Below, piece by piece: positions 28,087-37,200 of a DNA stretch of 64,000 nucleotides. Position 1 is the stretch's first letter; each line of letters opens with the position of its first letter. The position numbers and the translations under genes were made by a program. Source of the DNA: Bacillota bacterium. Its GTDB lineage: Bacteria; Bacillota; Clostridia; Lachnospirales; Bianqueaceae. The stretch spans positions 2,205 to 66,204 of the forward strand of contig JAFRZL010000044.1 in the NCBI GenBank assembly GCA_017442535.1, given 5' to 3'. The notes under the pieces were generated by a model. It did not search any database. It was not told the origin of the DNA and saw nothing but the letters and a program-made list of their open reading frames with translations.

Positions 28087-29472
28087 TCAGTTGTTGTTGG
28101 CAAGAATCTTATTCGCTTCTTCTACAATCTTCTTGGCTGTTTCTTCCGGCGTAGCCATGCCGTAGAACATCTCTGCAAGACTGTCCGTGATCAGCGTACT
28201 GACTTCATTGGTACCGACCGGAGCCTGAGACTTGTACGCAACCGTCTGCAGCTTGGAAACCTTATCAACGAAGTTAAATACATCCTGAAGGATGGGCGTT
28301 GCGTTCTGGGACAGCATCTCACGGATCTGCGGGTTGATGGAAACACCGCGCTCACTTCCGAGAACCTTATTGCATTCCTCAGAGTTCACGACCCAGTTCA
28401 CGAATTTGATGCACTCGTCGGGATTGGTTGTCGCCGCATTAACGGACCAGTTCATGGATCCGCGGATCCAGAAGGGATTCTGTGTGCCGTTGGAAGCAAT
28501 CGGGCAAGCGAAGATACTGATCTCACGTCCGGCATAATTGTTGGCCGCATCCAGCTCATTCGACCAGTGAACGCGGAGCCAGGTCTCGCCCTTGGAGAAA
28601 ACATCGTCGCCCCAGACCTCACCGACGTAATTGTCATACGTGGGGGTCAGGCCGTCCTGATACAGACGATAGTCAACTTCCAGCAGCGGCTGCAGCTGTT
28701 CTGCCGTCATGATATAGGACTTCAGGTCATCTGCATATGTCTGCGTTCCGAAGTTCCTGTAATACGAGGAGAGGATCGTTCCGCCCTGCGTAATAAGGTC
28801 GGCCTTCTTGCCGGTCTTCGCATATACATCGCGAACCAGCTGCTCGTAATCCTCATACGTCCACTTCGTATCATCGACCGTAACGCCTGCCTCTTTAAGC
28901 GTCGCAACATCATAGTGGATGCCCAGCGCATTGGATCCGGCATTGATTCCATAATACTTGCCCTCATAGGTGTAGTCGCCGAAGGTGCCCATGGCGGAGG
29001 GATCGACATAGAGCGCTCCGCTCTCCACAAAGCTGTTAAGAGGATACAGCAGATTCTTACGAGCGTATTCCTGCGTGCGGGTCTCATTGAACTGCATGAC
29101 ATCCGCAAGCGTGCCGCCGGCCGCCTGTGTCGCCAGCTTCTCCCAATATGCCGAAAAAGCCAGGAATTCGGGCTCGATCGTGATATTGGGATTCTCCGTC
29201 GTATACATATCGATGATCTTAGCGGTCATCTCATTACGGGTATCATTTCCCCACCAGGAGAAACGCATGGTAAACTTTTCATCCACGGGAGCGGTCGAAG
29301 TTTCCTGCTTGGACTCTTCCTGCTTGGAAGCCTCCTGTTTGGAGGATTCCTCCGCTTTGGATGTCTGTGAAGATGAATTCCCGCCGGAACCGGAATTCTG
29401 TTTTCCAGGTGTGCATCCGAAAATCGATACGATTAAGCAGATGACCAATCCGATAGAGAGTAATCTCTTCAT
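28087..29472 (-). CDS. ABC transporter extracellular solute-binding lipoprotein (sugar-type)
   Basis: Lipobox MKRLLSIGLVICLIVSIFGC followed by an S/E/K-rich linker. 461 aa, first gene of the transporter operon. Confidence 0.88.
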   Translation of the reverse strand: MKRLLSIGLVICLIVSIFGCTPGKQNSGSGGNSSSQTSKAEESSKQEASKQEESKQETSTAPVDEKFTMRFSWWGNDTRNEMTAKIIDMYTTENPNITIEPEFLAFSAYWEKLATQAAGGTLADVMQFNETRTQEYARKNLLYPLNSFVESGALYVDPSAMGTFGDYTYEGKYYGINAGSNALGIHYDVATLKEAGVTVDDTKWTYEDYEQLVRDVYAKTGKKADLITQGGTILSSYYRNFGTQTYADDLKSYIMTAEQLQPLLEVDYRLYQDGLTPTYDNYVGEVWGDDVFSKGETWLRVHWSNELDAANNYAGREISIFACPIASNGTQNPFWIRGSMNWSVNAATTNPDECIKFVNWVVNSEECNKVLGSERGVSINPQIREMLSQNATPILQDVFNFVDKVSKLQTVAYKSQAPVGTNEVSTLITDSLAEMFYGMATPEETAKKIVEEANKILANNN

Positions 29473-29618
29473 CTTTGTTGCCTCCTTATACTGTTTTTAA
29501 GCGCTAGCTTAACTTATTTTCAAGATATCACAGGCATTTCAAGAGCACAATTGAAAAAAGGAATCAATATCGTTCAAAAAAACCACTTTATTTGATGCTT
29601 TGATCCGGCTTTATTTAA

Positions 29619-29647
29619 TTGATTGCCTGCCCTGATCATGTTATGAT
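29619..29647 (+). promoter_or_regulatory. Promoter of the sulfatase gene
   Basis: TTGATT, a 17-nt spacer, then TATGAT. Confidence 0.5.
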
Positions 29648-29677
29648 AATGATAAATAGACGAAGGAGGCGAAGAAA

Positions 29678-30994
29678 ATGAATTTCATTTATATCCATAC
29701 CCATGATACTGGCAGACTGGCTGAACCTTACGGAATCGCCGCTGATAATCCATCTCTTATGGAGTTTGCCCAAAATGCTGTGATTTTCCGGAACATGTAC
29801 TGCAGTGCGCCGACCTGCTCTCCCAGCCGCGCCTCCATGCTGACCGGTCAGGCGCCTCACAGCTGCGGGATGCTCGGCCTTGCGCACCGCGGCTTCTCGT
29901 TATCCCGGCCGGAGGAACATTTGTCACATTTTCTCAGTAAAAACGGCTATTATACCGCGCTGTTCGGCGTCCAGCACGAGGCTTCCGCCGAAAATATCGG
30001 CAGCCTCGGATATCGGGAGATAACCAATCTGGAAGGGAGCAGCTTCGAAGAAACGGACCTGAACAATTTGCGTGCCGCGCAGGCATTTCTGCTGGAGCAT
30101 TCCGATACGGATATGCCTTTCTTTATGTCTTTCGGCATGGTCAATACACATAAGCCCTGGCCGGACCGGTATTCAACCGATCCCGATTATGTCATCCCGC
30201 CTTATCCGGTCGCAGATACACCTGAAAACCGCGTTGAATACTGTCAGTATCTGGAAAGCCTCTCCGTCGTTGACAGCTGTGTCGGCGGCATCACCGAAGC
30301 AGTCCGGAAGGCCGGACTATGGGATAATACCATTATTCTTTTCACCACCGACCACGGCGTCGCCTACCCCAACATGAAATGCAATCTGTATGATACCGGA
30401 ATCGGCGTGTCCTTCCTGCTGCGGATCCCCGGATACCCCAAAAGATCCTGCAGTGCGCTTTGTACCCAGCTTGATCTGTTCCCAACGGTCTGCGATCTGC
30501 TTAATCTGGAAAAGCCATCCTATCTGCAGGGAAAATCTCTGCTGCCTCTGCTGAACGGCGAAGAGGAACAAATCCATGATTATGTATTCTCTGAGGTTAC
30601 TTTTCATGCGACATACCAGCCCATGCGCTCGGTCAGAAGCAAGCAGTTCAAACTCATCCGCTTCTTTGATGGAGGCAATGAATTCCGCTCCGCCAACATC
30701 GACGCCGGAACCGCAAAAACCCTGTATATCTCAACAAAACTCAGCCATCTTCCCAAACCGAAGGATCTGTTCTTTGACCTTTACGCCGATCCTGCCGAAC
30801 GCGTCAATCTCGCGGATGTTCCTGAATATGCCGAAGAATATTCACGTCATCTTGATGCCCTGCTTAAATGGCAGAAGCAAACGGATGATCCCCTGCTGCG
30901 GGGCATGACGATGTCTGAAATGGGCAGAGGCACTGTCATAAATGGGTTTGACGCCCCGGATCCTCAGCCCAAGTCTGCATTCGTGATCCGGTAG
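29678..30994 (+). CDS. Sulfatase (Cys-type formylglycine sulfatase family)
   Basis: Signature CSAPTCSPSRASMLTG (C-x-P-x-R) plus ...TTDHG.... No signal peptide is evident. The RBS is GAAGGAGG, and the promoter is TTGATT-17-TATGAT. Confidence 0.9.
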   Translation: MNFIYIHTHDTGRLAEPYGIAADNPSLMEFAQNAVIFRNMYCSAPTCSPSRASMLTGQAPHSCGMLGLAHRGFSLSRPEEHLSHFLSKNGYYTALFGVQHEASAENIGSLGYREITNLEGSSFEETDLNNLRAAQAFLLEHSDTDMPFFMSFGMVNTHKPWPDRYSTDPDYVIPPYPVADTPENRVEYCQYLESLSVVDSCVGGITEAVRKAGLWDNTIILFTTDHGVAYPNMKCNLYDTGIGVSFLLRIPGYPKRSCSALCTQLDLFPTVCDLLNLEKPSYLQGKSLLPLLNGEEEQIHDYVFSEVTFHATYQPMRSVRSKQFKLIRFFDGGNEFRSANIDAGTAKTLYISTKLSHLPKPKDLFFDLYADPAERVNLADVPEYAEEYSRHLDALLKWQKQTDDPLLRGMTMSEMGRGTVINGFDAPDPQPKSAFVIR

Positions 30995-31162
30995 GCTTTA
31001 CCGCCTTTCAGGATTAAAGATTAATCATAGCTCCTCCCAAAAGACCGCCCCCTCTTCCTTTCAGTTATATATCCATTATAACGTTTGGGCCAAGTAATTA
31101 CAAGCGGATGAGCGAATGTTTTCGAATAGTACAACCTGCTCCCTTCCCCAGCCGAAAAGCCG

Positions 31163-31191
31163 TTGCATAGCCGGCTCTTTTATGCTATAAT
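31163..31191 (+). promoter_or_regulatory. Promoter of the two-membrane-protein/M20 (and possibly STAND) operon
   Basis: TTGCAT, a 17-nt spacer, then TATAAT. It lies about 195 nt upstream of the first start codon. Confidence 0.55.
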
Positions 31192-31387
31192 GAAAGAAAC
31201 TATTTGTTTGCGAAAATCCCGGCGGATCTGTTTTCCGGCCGGGGTGACGGCAAGGGCTCGGGAATTGTACGCAAAGATGCGGAGAAATGAACGATTTCTC
31301 TTTCGGGCCTTTATTGTAATCTTTTTTGCAGATCCGGGGCCGGACGGTATCTGTGCGGTCCGGTCATATCCTGACAAGGAGGTTCCT

Positions 31388-32119
31388 ATGCTTCAACAGT
31401 TGAATTCGGGCGTATTGTATCTGATCTGCGGGGCTATTATTCTGTTTGTGGCCGCAGTCTGCGTTGTTTTTCTGGTGCGGGCGTACCGCGCCGGTAAGGC
31501 GCTCGGGATGGATGAGGCCGTTTTGAAGAAGACGATTACGGCGTCCGCTTCTTTCTCGGTTCTGCCCAGTATCGGTATTCTGCTGGGGGTTATCGCGCTG
31601 TCGGGCAGTCTCGGCGTGCCGTGGCCGTGGCTGCGGCTTTCGGTGATCGGGGCGCTGCATTACGAAACGCAGGTGGCCGAAGCGGCCGCGGAGCAGGTCG
31701 GCATGACCTCGCTGGACGCGTCTCAGATGACGGCGGGGGGCTTCTCCACGATCGCTCTGCTGATGAGTATCTGCATCATGTGGGGCATGGTCCTCTCCAT
31801 CTTCTTTAACCGCAAGTATGCTGGCAGACAGACCGTCCAGAGGAGCGGGCCCGGCTTTGGCGACCAGGCCATGGACGCGATGTTCATCGGGCTTGTGAGC
31901 GTCTATCTGGGATCCTACATCGGCGAATTTGTTTCGGGGAAGGGAATTTTTCACTTCACGGGCTCCTGGACAAGTCTGGCTGTCGCCGCGATCGCCGCGG
32001 CCGCCATGGCAGTCTTCCAGTACTTTATTGAGCACAAGAAGCAAAAATGGCTCGAGAGCTTTACCATTGCGGGCAGTATGCTGATCGGCATGATCGGCGC
32101 TGTTCTGATAGGGAGGTGA
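31388..32119 (+). CDS. Hypothetical polytopic membrane protein (DUF5058-like)
   Basis: The start is moved to the ATG at 31388, preceded by CAAGGAGG. The upstream part of the listed ORF contains the promoter -10 box. The DUF5058 resemblance is from memory. Confidence 0.65.
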   Translation: MLQQLNSGVLYLICGAIILFVAAVCVVFLVRAYRAGKALGMDEAVLKKTITASASFSVLPSIGILLGVIALSGSLGVPWPWLRLSVIGALHYETQVAEAAAEQVGMTSLDASQMTAGGFSTIALLMSICIMWGMVLSIFFNRKYAGRQTVQRSGPGFGDQAMDAMFIGLVSVYLGSYIGEFVSGKGIFHFTGSWTSLAVAAIAAAAMAVFQYFIEHKKQKWLESFTIAGSMLIGMIGAVLIGR

Positions 32120-32124
32120 GCACG

Positions 32125-32793
32125 GTGGATCAAACTGAAGTTTTTAAGAAATACGAATCCAAAACCCATCACATCGGAAGGATTACTTCGATTATCACTC
32201 TTGTGATGCTCATCGGCGCTCCTTTCCTGATCGGAAGCTATCTGGGCGCGCTGCCGGATCTGGGCGCCGCGGCAAAGGCTTTTCTGGCTGTAGGACTGGT
32301 ATGGCTGGTGAGCAGCATTGTCGAGTTCCTGATTTATACCCCGATGCTCGGTTCGGGGGGCGGGTATCTTGCCTTTATCACCGGTAATCTGATCAACATG
32401 AAGATCCCCTGCGCCATGACTGCCCGGGAGCTGGCCGGGACCAAGGTCGGAACGCCGGAGAACGAGATCATCTCCACGATTTCCATCGCCACTTCTTCGC
32501 TGGTGACCATCGTCATCCTGGCCGTAGGCGTGCTGCTGCTGGTACCGCTCCGCCCCGTCCTGACCAGCGAGGCGCTGCAGCCGGCCTTCAGCAACGTCGT
32601 TCCGGCTCTGTTCGGTGCCATGGCCTACAAGTATTACCGTAAAAACATCCGCGTCGCCCTGGTTCCGCTGGTCGTCATGAGCCTCCTTTTCATCCTGGTT
32701 CCTTCCCTGATTTCCCAGACCAGCATCATGATCATTCCGAGCGGCGCGATCGCGATCCTGCTGGCCTATCTGCTCTGGAGGAAAAAGAAATGA
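32125..32793 (+). CDS. Hypothetical polytopic membrane protein, second subunit-like gene
   Basis: GTG start at 32125, preceded by GGGAGGTGAGCAC. It has about six hydrophobic helices and its end overlaps the M20 gene start as ATGA. Confidence 0.6.
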   Translation: MDQTEVFKKYESKTHHIGRITSIITLVMLIGAPFLIGSYLGALPDLGAAAKAFLAVGLVWLVSSIVEFLIYTPMLGSGGGYLAFITGNLINMKIPCAMTARELAGTKVGTPENEIISTISIATSSLVTIVILAVGVLLLVPLRPVLTSEALQPAFSNVVPALFGAMAYKYYRKNIRVALVPLVVMSLLFILVPSLISQTSIMIIPSGAIAILLAYLLWRKKK

Positions 32794-34238
32794 CAGCCCT
32801 TAAAATCATCGGATTCACGCTGCTGGGGCTGATCTGCCTCCTGATCCTCCTACTGCTCGCGGCCGTCATCCATACCCTCCTCAGTCCCTCGAAGAAATCC
32901 GGGTATACCGCGCCTGCAGAGGATGACCGTGCCCGGGAATATGCCCGCAAACTGTCCCGGATGGTACGGTATGACACCACTTCCTACATGAATATCGACC
33001 AGCCGGAGAAATTCGAGGGCTTCCACCGCGTGCTGGAGGAACTCTTTCCCCTTGTTCACGCCAGGCTGCAGCGGACCGATATCGACGGCAATCTGCTCTA
33101 CCGCTGGGAAGGCCGGCGCCACGATAAGCCGGTCGTCCTGATGAGCCACCAGGACGTTGTGCCTGCGGAAGGCCAATGGGAACATGAACCTTTTTCCGGT
33201 GATATCGCGGACGGCAAAGTCTGGGGGCGGGGCGCTTCCGACACCAAATGCTCGGTGATGGGTTTCTTTCAGGCGACGGAGGAGCTGCTGGCGGAGGATT
33301 TTGTCCCGGAGCAGGACGTCTATCTCTCTTCCTCCTGCACGGAGGAATGGGCCGGCGACGGGTGCCCTAAGCTTGTTGCCGAATTAAAGAAGCGCGGCGT
33401 GAAGCCCAGCCTCGTCATCGATGAGGGCGGCGGCATCATTGCGGACCCCATCGGCGGGATTCACGGCAATTTTGCCATGGTCGGCGTGTTCGAAAAGGGA
33501 AAGGCCGACGTGTCCTTACATGCGAAAAGCAATGGCGGACACGCCAGTACCCCCAGACCGGGCTCTCCTTTGGCACGGCTTGCGGACTTCATTTATGAAG
33601 TGGAACACCACCATCCTTTCCGGAAGAAGCTGCCGCCGGAAGTGCGCAGCATGTTTGAGACGCTCGGCCCGTACGCTTCCTTCCCGCTGAAGCTCGTCTT
33701 CGGCAATCTCTGGCTCTTTAAGCCGATCCTTGTGCCCCTCCTCCCCGCGATCAGTGCGCAGGCGGGCGCCATGATCCAGACCACGGTCGCGTTTACGATG
33801 GCCAAAGGTTCCGACGCCTATAACGTGATGCCCCAGGAAGCGGTTCTCGGCGTGAATATGCGCTTTATCCCGCATCAGGGCATGGAGGAAAGCCTGGGAA
33901 TCATGAAGAAGCTGGCCGGGCGCCACGGACTCACCATGGAGGTGCTTGCCGCATCGGACTATACCGAATCTGCCGATATCCACGGTCCGGAATTCGCGTT
34001 TGTCAAAGAAATGATCGGCAGGACCTTCCCCGGACTGCCCGTCAGCCCCTATGTTATGACAGGTGCCACAGACTCGCGCTTTTACCAGGATATCTGCCCG
34101 AATGTCTTCCGCTTTGCGCCCGTCATCTATGGGCCGGAGCAGATGAAAGGCATGCACGGGCTCAACGAAAACATCGAGTACAACTGTCTGCCCGGCGCGG
34201 TGGATTTCTATAAAAACGTCATCCGCGAGAACCGGTAA
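32790..34238 (+). CDS. M20/M25/M40 family metallopeptidase or deacylase with an N-terminal membrane anchor
   Basis: N-terminal TM (ALKIIGFTLLGLICLLILLLLAAVI) followed by M20 motifs ...VLMSHQDVVPA..., ...GRGASDTKC... and ...IDEGGG.... Confidence 0.88.
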   Translation: MTALKIIGFTLLGLICLLILLLLAAVIHTLLSPSKKSGYTAPAEDDRAREYARKLSRMVRYDTTSYMNIDQPEKFEGFHRVLEELFPLVHARLQRTDIDGNLLYRWEGRRHDKPVVLMSHQDVVPAEGQWEHEPFSGDIADGKVWGRGASDTKCSVMGFFQATEELLAEDFVPEQDVYLSSSCTEEWAGDGCPKLVAELKKRGVKPSLVIDEGGGIIADPIGGIHGNFAMVGVFEKGKADVSLHAKSNGGHASTPRPGSPLARLADFIYEVEHHHPFRKKLPPEVRSMFETLGPYASFPLKLVFGNLWLFKPILVPLLPAISAQAGAMIQTTVAFTMAKGSDAYNVMPQEAVLGVNMRFIPHQGMEESLGIMKKLAGRHGLTMEVLAASDYTESADIHGPEFAFVKEMIGRTFPGLPVSPYVMTGATDSRFYQDICPNVFRFAPVIYGPEQMKGMHGLNENIEYNCLPGAVDFYKNVIRENR

Positions 34239-34270
34239 GCCAGATTTTTTCAGAACAGGAGCGTACGATT

Positions 34271-37200
34271 ATGATGCATTCAGAGGCTTTATATCCGGCG
34301 GCAGCCCGTTTGGGGGAGCTGTGTACCAACGGATTGTTTTTGAATCTCAGGGGATTCCCGGAGCCTTTGCGGCTCTGTTATCAGCAGCTGCGGACGAGAA
34401 TCCGTGAAGAGGCCCTGCCCGGGGCCTGTTTGCTGTTGGCAGAGATGGCCGGGATCTGCATACGCTTTCCGCTGCTTGCGGCCTGTTCACTGGCGCTTCA
34501 TGCCGAGGCACCGCTTTCTGACAAGAAACGTGCGCTTGGCCTGCTGAATGATTCGGGGACGCTCGCAGGCGGGTTGAGGGAGTTTTTCCGGGCGCATCCG
34601 CAGGACGTGGGCGCGCATTTGCTCGATGTGGCGGATGACGCGCTGCGGACTTTTTCGGCGGAGCCTTTTACCGGGTGGCTTGGACGGGCCACTTCGGGAG
34701 CCTATCTGGAGATGCGGCGGACGGAGGCGGCCAGCAGTCTGCTCGCGCAGCTGACGTCGCTGAACGGTCATCTGCAGCGGGCGGAGGGTTTTTATGCGCT
34801 GCTTCGTGACTATGCAGATGAGGACGGGCGTTCTTTCCGGTATCTGGAGCAGAGTCTGCGCCCCGATCCGTTTATTCTGTTCCAGGATAGGGATATCCTG
34901 CTGGCGGAGCATTATGACACGGCTTCGGGCAAGGTCTTTTTCCGCTCGCCGGTGAGTGGGTATCTGACTCTGATGGATATTCCCGAACTGACGCAGATCC
35001 TGCGGACGGCGGAGGACGGTTCTGCCGTGGAAGAAGTGCCGACACCGGATGCTTTCCCGGAATATGGGGATCCTGCTCAGCTGGAAAGTGTCCACCAGCC
35101 GTCGGATTATATCCGTCCCGGCTACCTGGATCAGTGGCTTTCCCGTGGGCTGGCGCACCGCGACCACGGATATTTATATCTGGAGATGGAGGAAGGCATG
35201 GGCAAATCTTCTTATGTCGCCATGCTGGATCCGGATTCTCCGTATTATACGCCGACCACGCTTTTTGCTAATTATCACATTATCATTCATACGATGACCA
35301 TTGCGCCGCAGACCTGGGAGGGCAGAGCGCTGGCCGATTTGCTGAACGGGTTGGAGGGCGCACCGCGGCCGCTTATCTGGACGGATTCGGTGGCCGATAT
35401 GCGGAGGGCTCTGGCGGAATGGCTGCACGATTATGCCGCCGCGCATCCGGAGCGTAAGCTCCTGATCATCCTTGACGGCCTGCAGTATATTGAGCGTCCG
35501 ACGGAGGAAGGGCTGCTGACAGCACTGCTGCCGCGGGCCGGCCAGCTGCCCCCGGGCGTCTGCATCCTGCTGACGGACAGACCGGACCCCGAAGCCGCGG
35601 TCCACGCCGCGTGGCTGCACCGCCTGGATCCGGAGGCCGTTATCGGTGTGTTCAAGCACGATCATCCGCAGTACCAGCAGCTTTTCCGCGTTTATCTGAC
35701 CCAGTATCTGCTGCACGCGAGCGGCGAGGATAATCCGCTCGTCACCGCCCTGGGCGAATATCTGCAGGGGGATTTTGCCATGGCACATACCCTGCGCGAT
35801 GTCTATTATCTCTGCCGGCCTGATCCGCATACTTCTGTGCGGCAGCTTGCAATGCAATTCCCCACGCAGGAGGATCTGCTGCACCTGTATCTGGACCGGG
35901 TGCACGCACTTTACGGTCCGAAATGGGGCATCATGCTGGATGAAATGCTTGTGGCTCTCGCGATGCTGCCGCGTCCGGCCACGCAGGAAGAATTGTTCCG
36001 CGCCATGCCGGATCATCCGTCGCCCGAGGCCTTCTACAGCCTGCTGCGGGATCTGCGGCCCTTTATCTACCTGACTGCCGGACGGAGGATCACTTTCTCC
36101 GGAAACACCGCGCTTTTCTTTATCTATTCCTACCTTGCGGCGGACTGGAAGCTGCTCTGCGAAAGGATCCTGGATGAACGGAGGCTCCTGCTCGGCTCGG
36201 CTCCGGATGCCTACGCGCTGCCCGAGCGCCTGCAGAATCTCCCTGTTTATGCGGCTTCCGTGCCATGGGACAACCATCGCGAGCTCCTGATCCATCTGGG
36301 CCGGAGCCTGGCGCCCAAAGCCTCCCGCAGCGATTCGCTTCCCTCTGATGTCCTTGATTATTACAATCTGCAGAGCGGGAATTTCCGCCATGAGGGCGAA
36401 AATCCGCTGCGGCTTGAGACCATCGCGGCTCTCTCGCTCTCACCGGATACCAATGACCGGCTGACGGCCTGCCGCCGCATGGATTCGCTGCGCGGGACCA
36501 TTCATTATGACCGGGCGACCTACGAGCTGTACTGCCGCCGCTACGAAGAGCGTCTCGCGGCCGATCAGCCGCTTTCCGCCGCTGTGATCACGGCCCTCGC
36601 CGCCTTCCGGCGCAAAAATGACTATCCGAAGGAAAATGCTTTCCTCTGGCATACCGAATATCTGTCACGCGGAGCTTTATACGAAGCGCTCAAAAACGAA
36701 TCCGCCCGGCTTCCGGGTAAGGAATTATCCACTGCCGACCCGCGGGAGATCGCTTATGTGCGCGAAAAATACCCGCAGCTGGCGGACCGGCTGCAGGCAT
36801 TGATCTCTGACTATGACGCCGCCCCAGCCGAGCCCCGGGGCATCGCCGCGCTGCAGGAGGCTGCCGTTTTGTCGCACCAGATGATGAGCTTTGGCGAGAC
36901 GGCTCTGGTCACGCTGCTGCCCGTCCTCTGCATCCGTGACGCCCAGCCCGAAACAGGGGCTTATTTCGGCGTGATCCGTGATACTCTAAACCGCGTCTAT
37001 CAGCTGCGGCAGGAGATTTTTGCCCGCATCGAAGCCTACGGTGCCGCACTAAGGCCGGAAACGGACTATCGCGAGCCTCTCTATGCGCCGGACACCCGTG
37101 AGATCCGGCGCCGCGATCTGCTCGCACGTGACCTCTTCCAATGGCTCATGACCTTCACCCGCTACCAGCGGATGCAGTATTATGCCGACCGCACGCCCGA

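Noticed and set aside
31248-31280. A GGCAA...ACGCAAAG string reminiscent of the c-di-GMP-I (GEMM) riboswitch core
   Set aside because: The segment between the two strings (GGGCTCGGGAATTGT) cannot form the required P2 hairpin with a tetraloop, and the flanks do not form the expected P1. This is treated as a chance resemblance. The leader is reported only as an unclassified structured candidate.
31163-31387. The N-terminal 75 codons of the listed ORF 31163-32119
   Set aside because: This stretch contains the TTGCAT-17-TATAAT promoter and structured leader sequence. A strong CAAGGAGG RBS precedes the internal ATG at 31388, where the hydrophobic protein begins.
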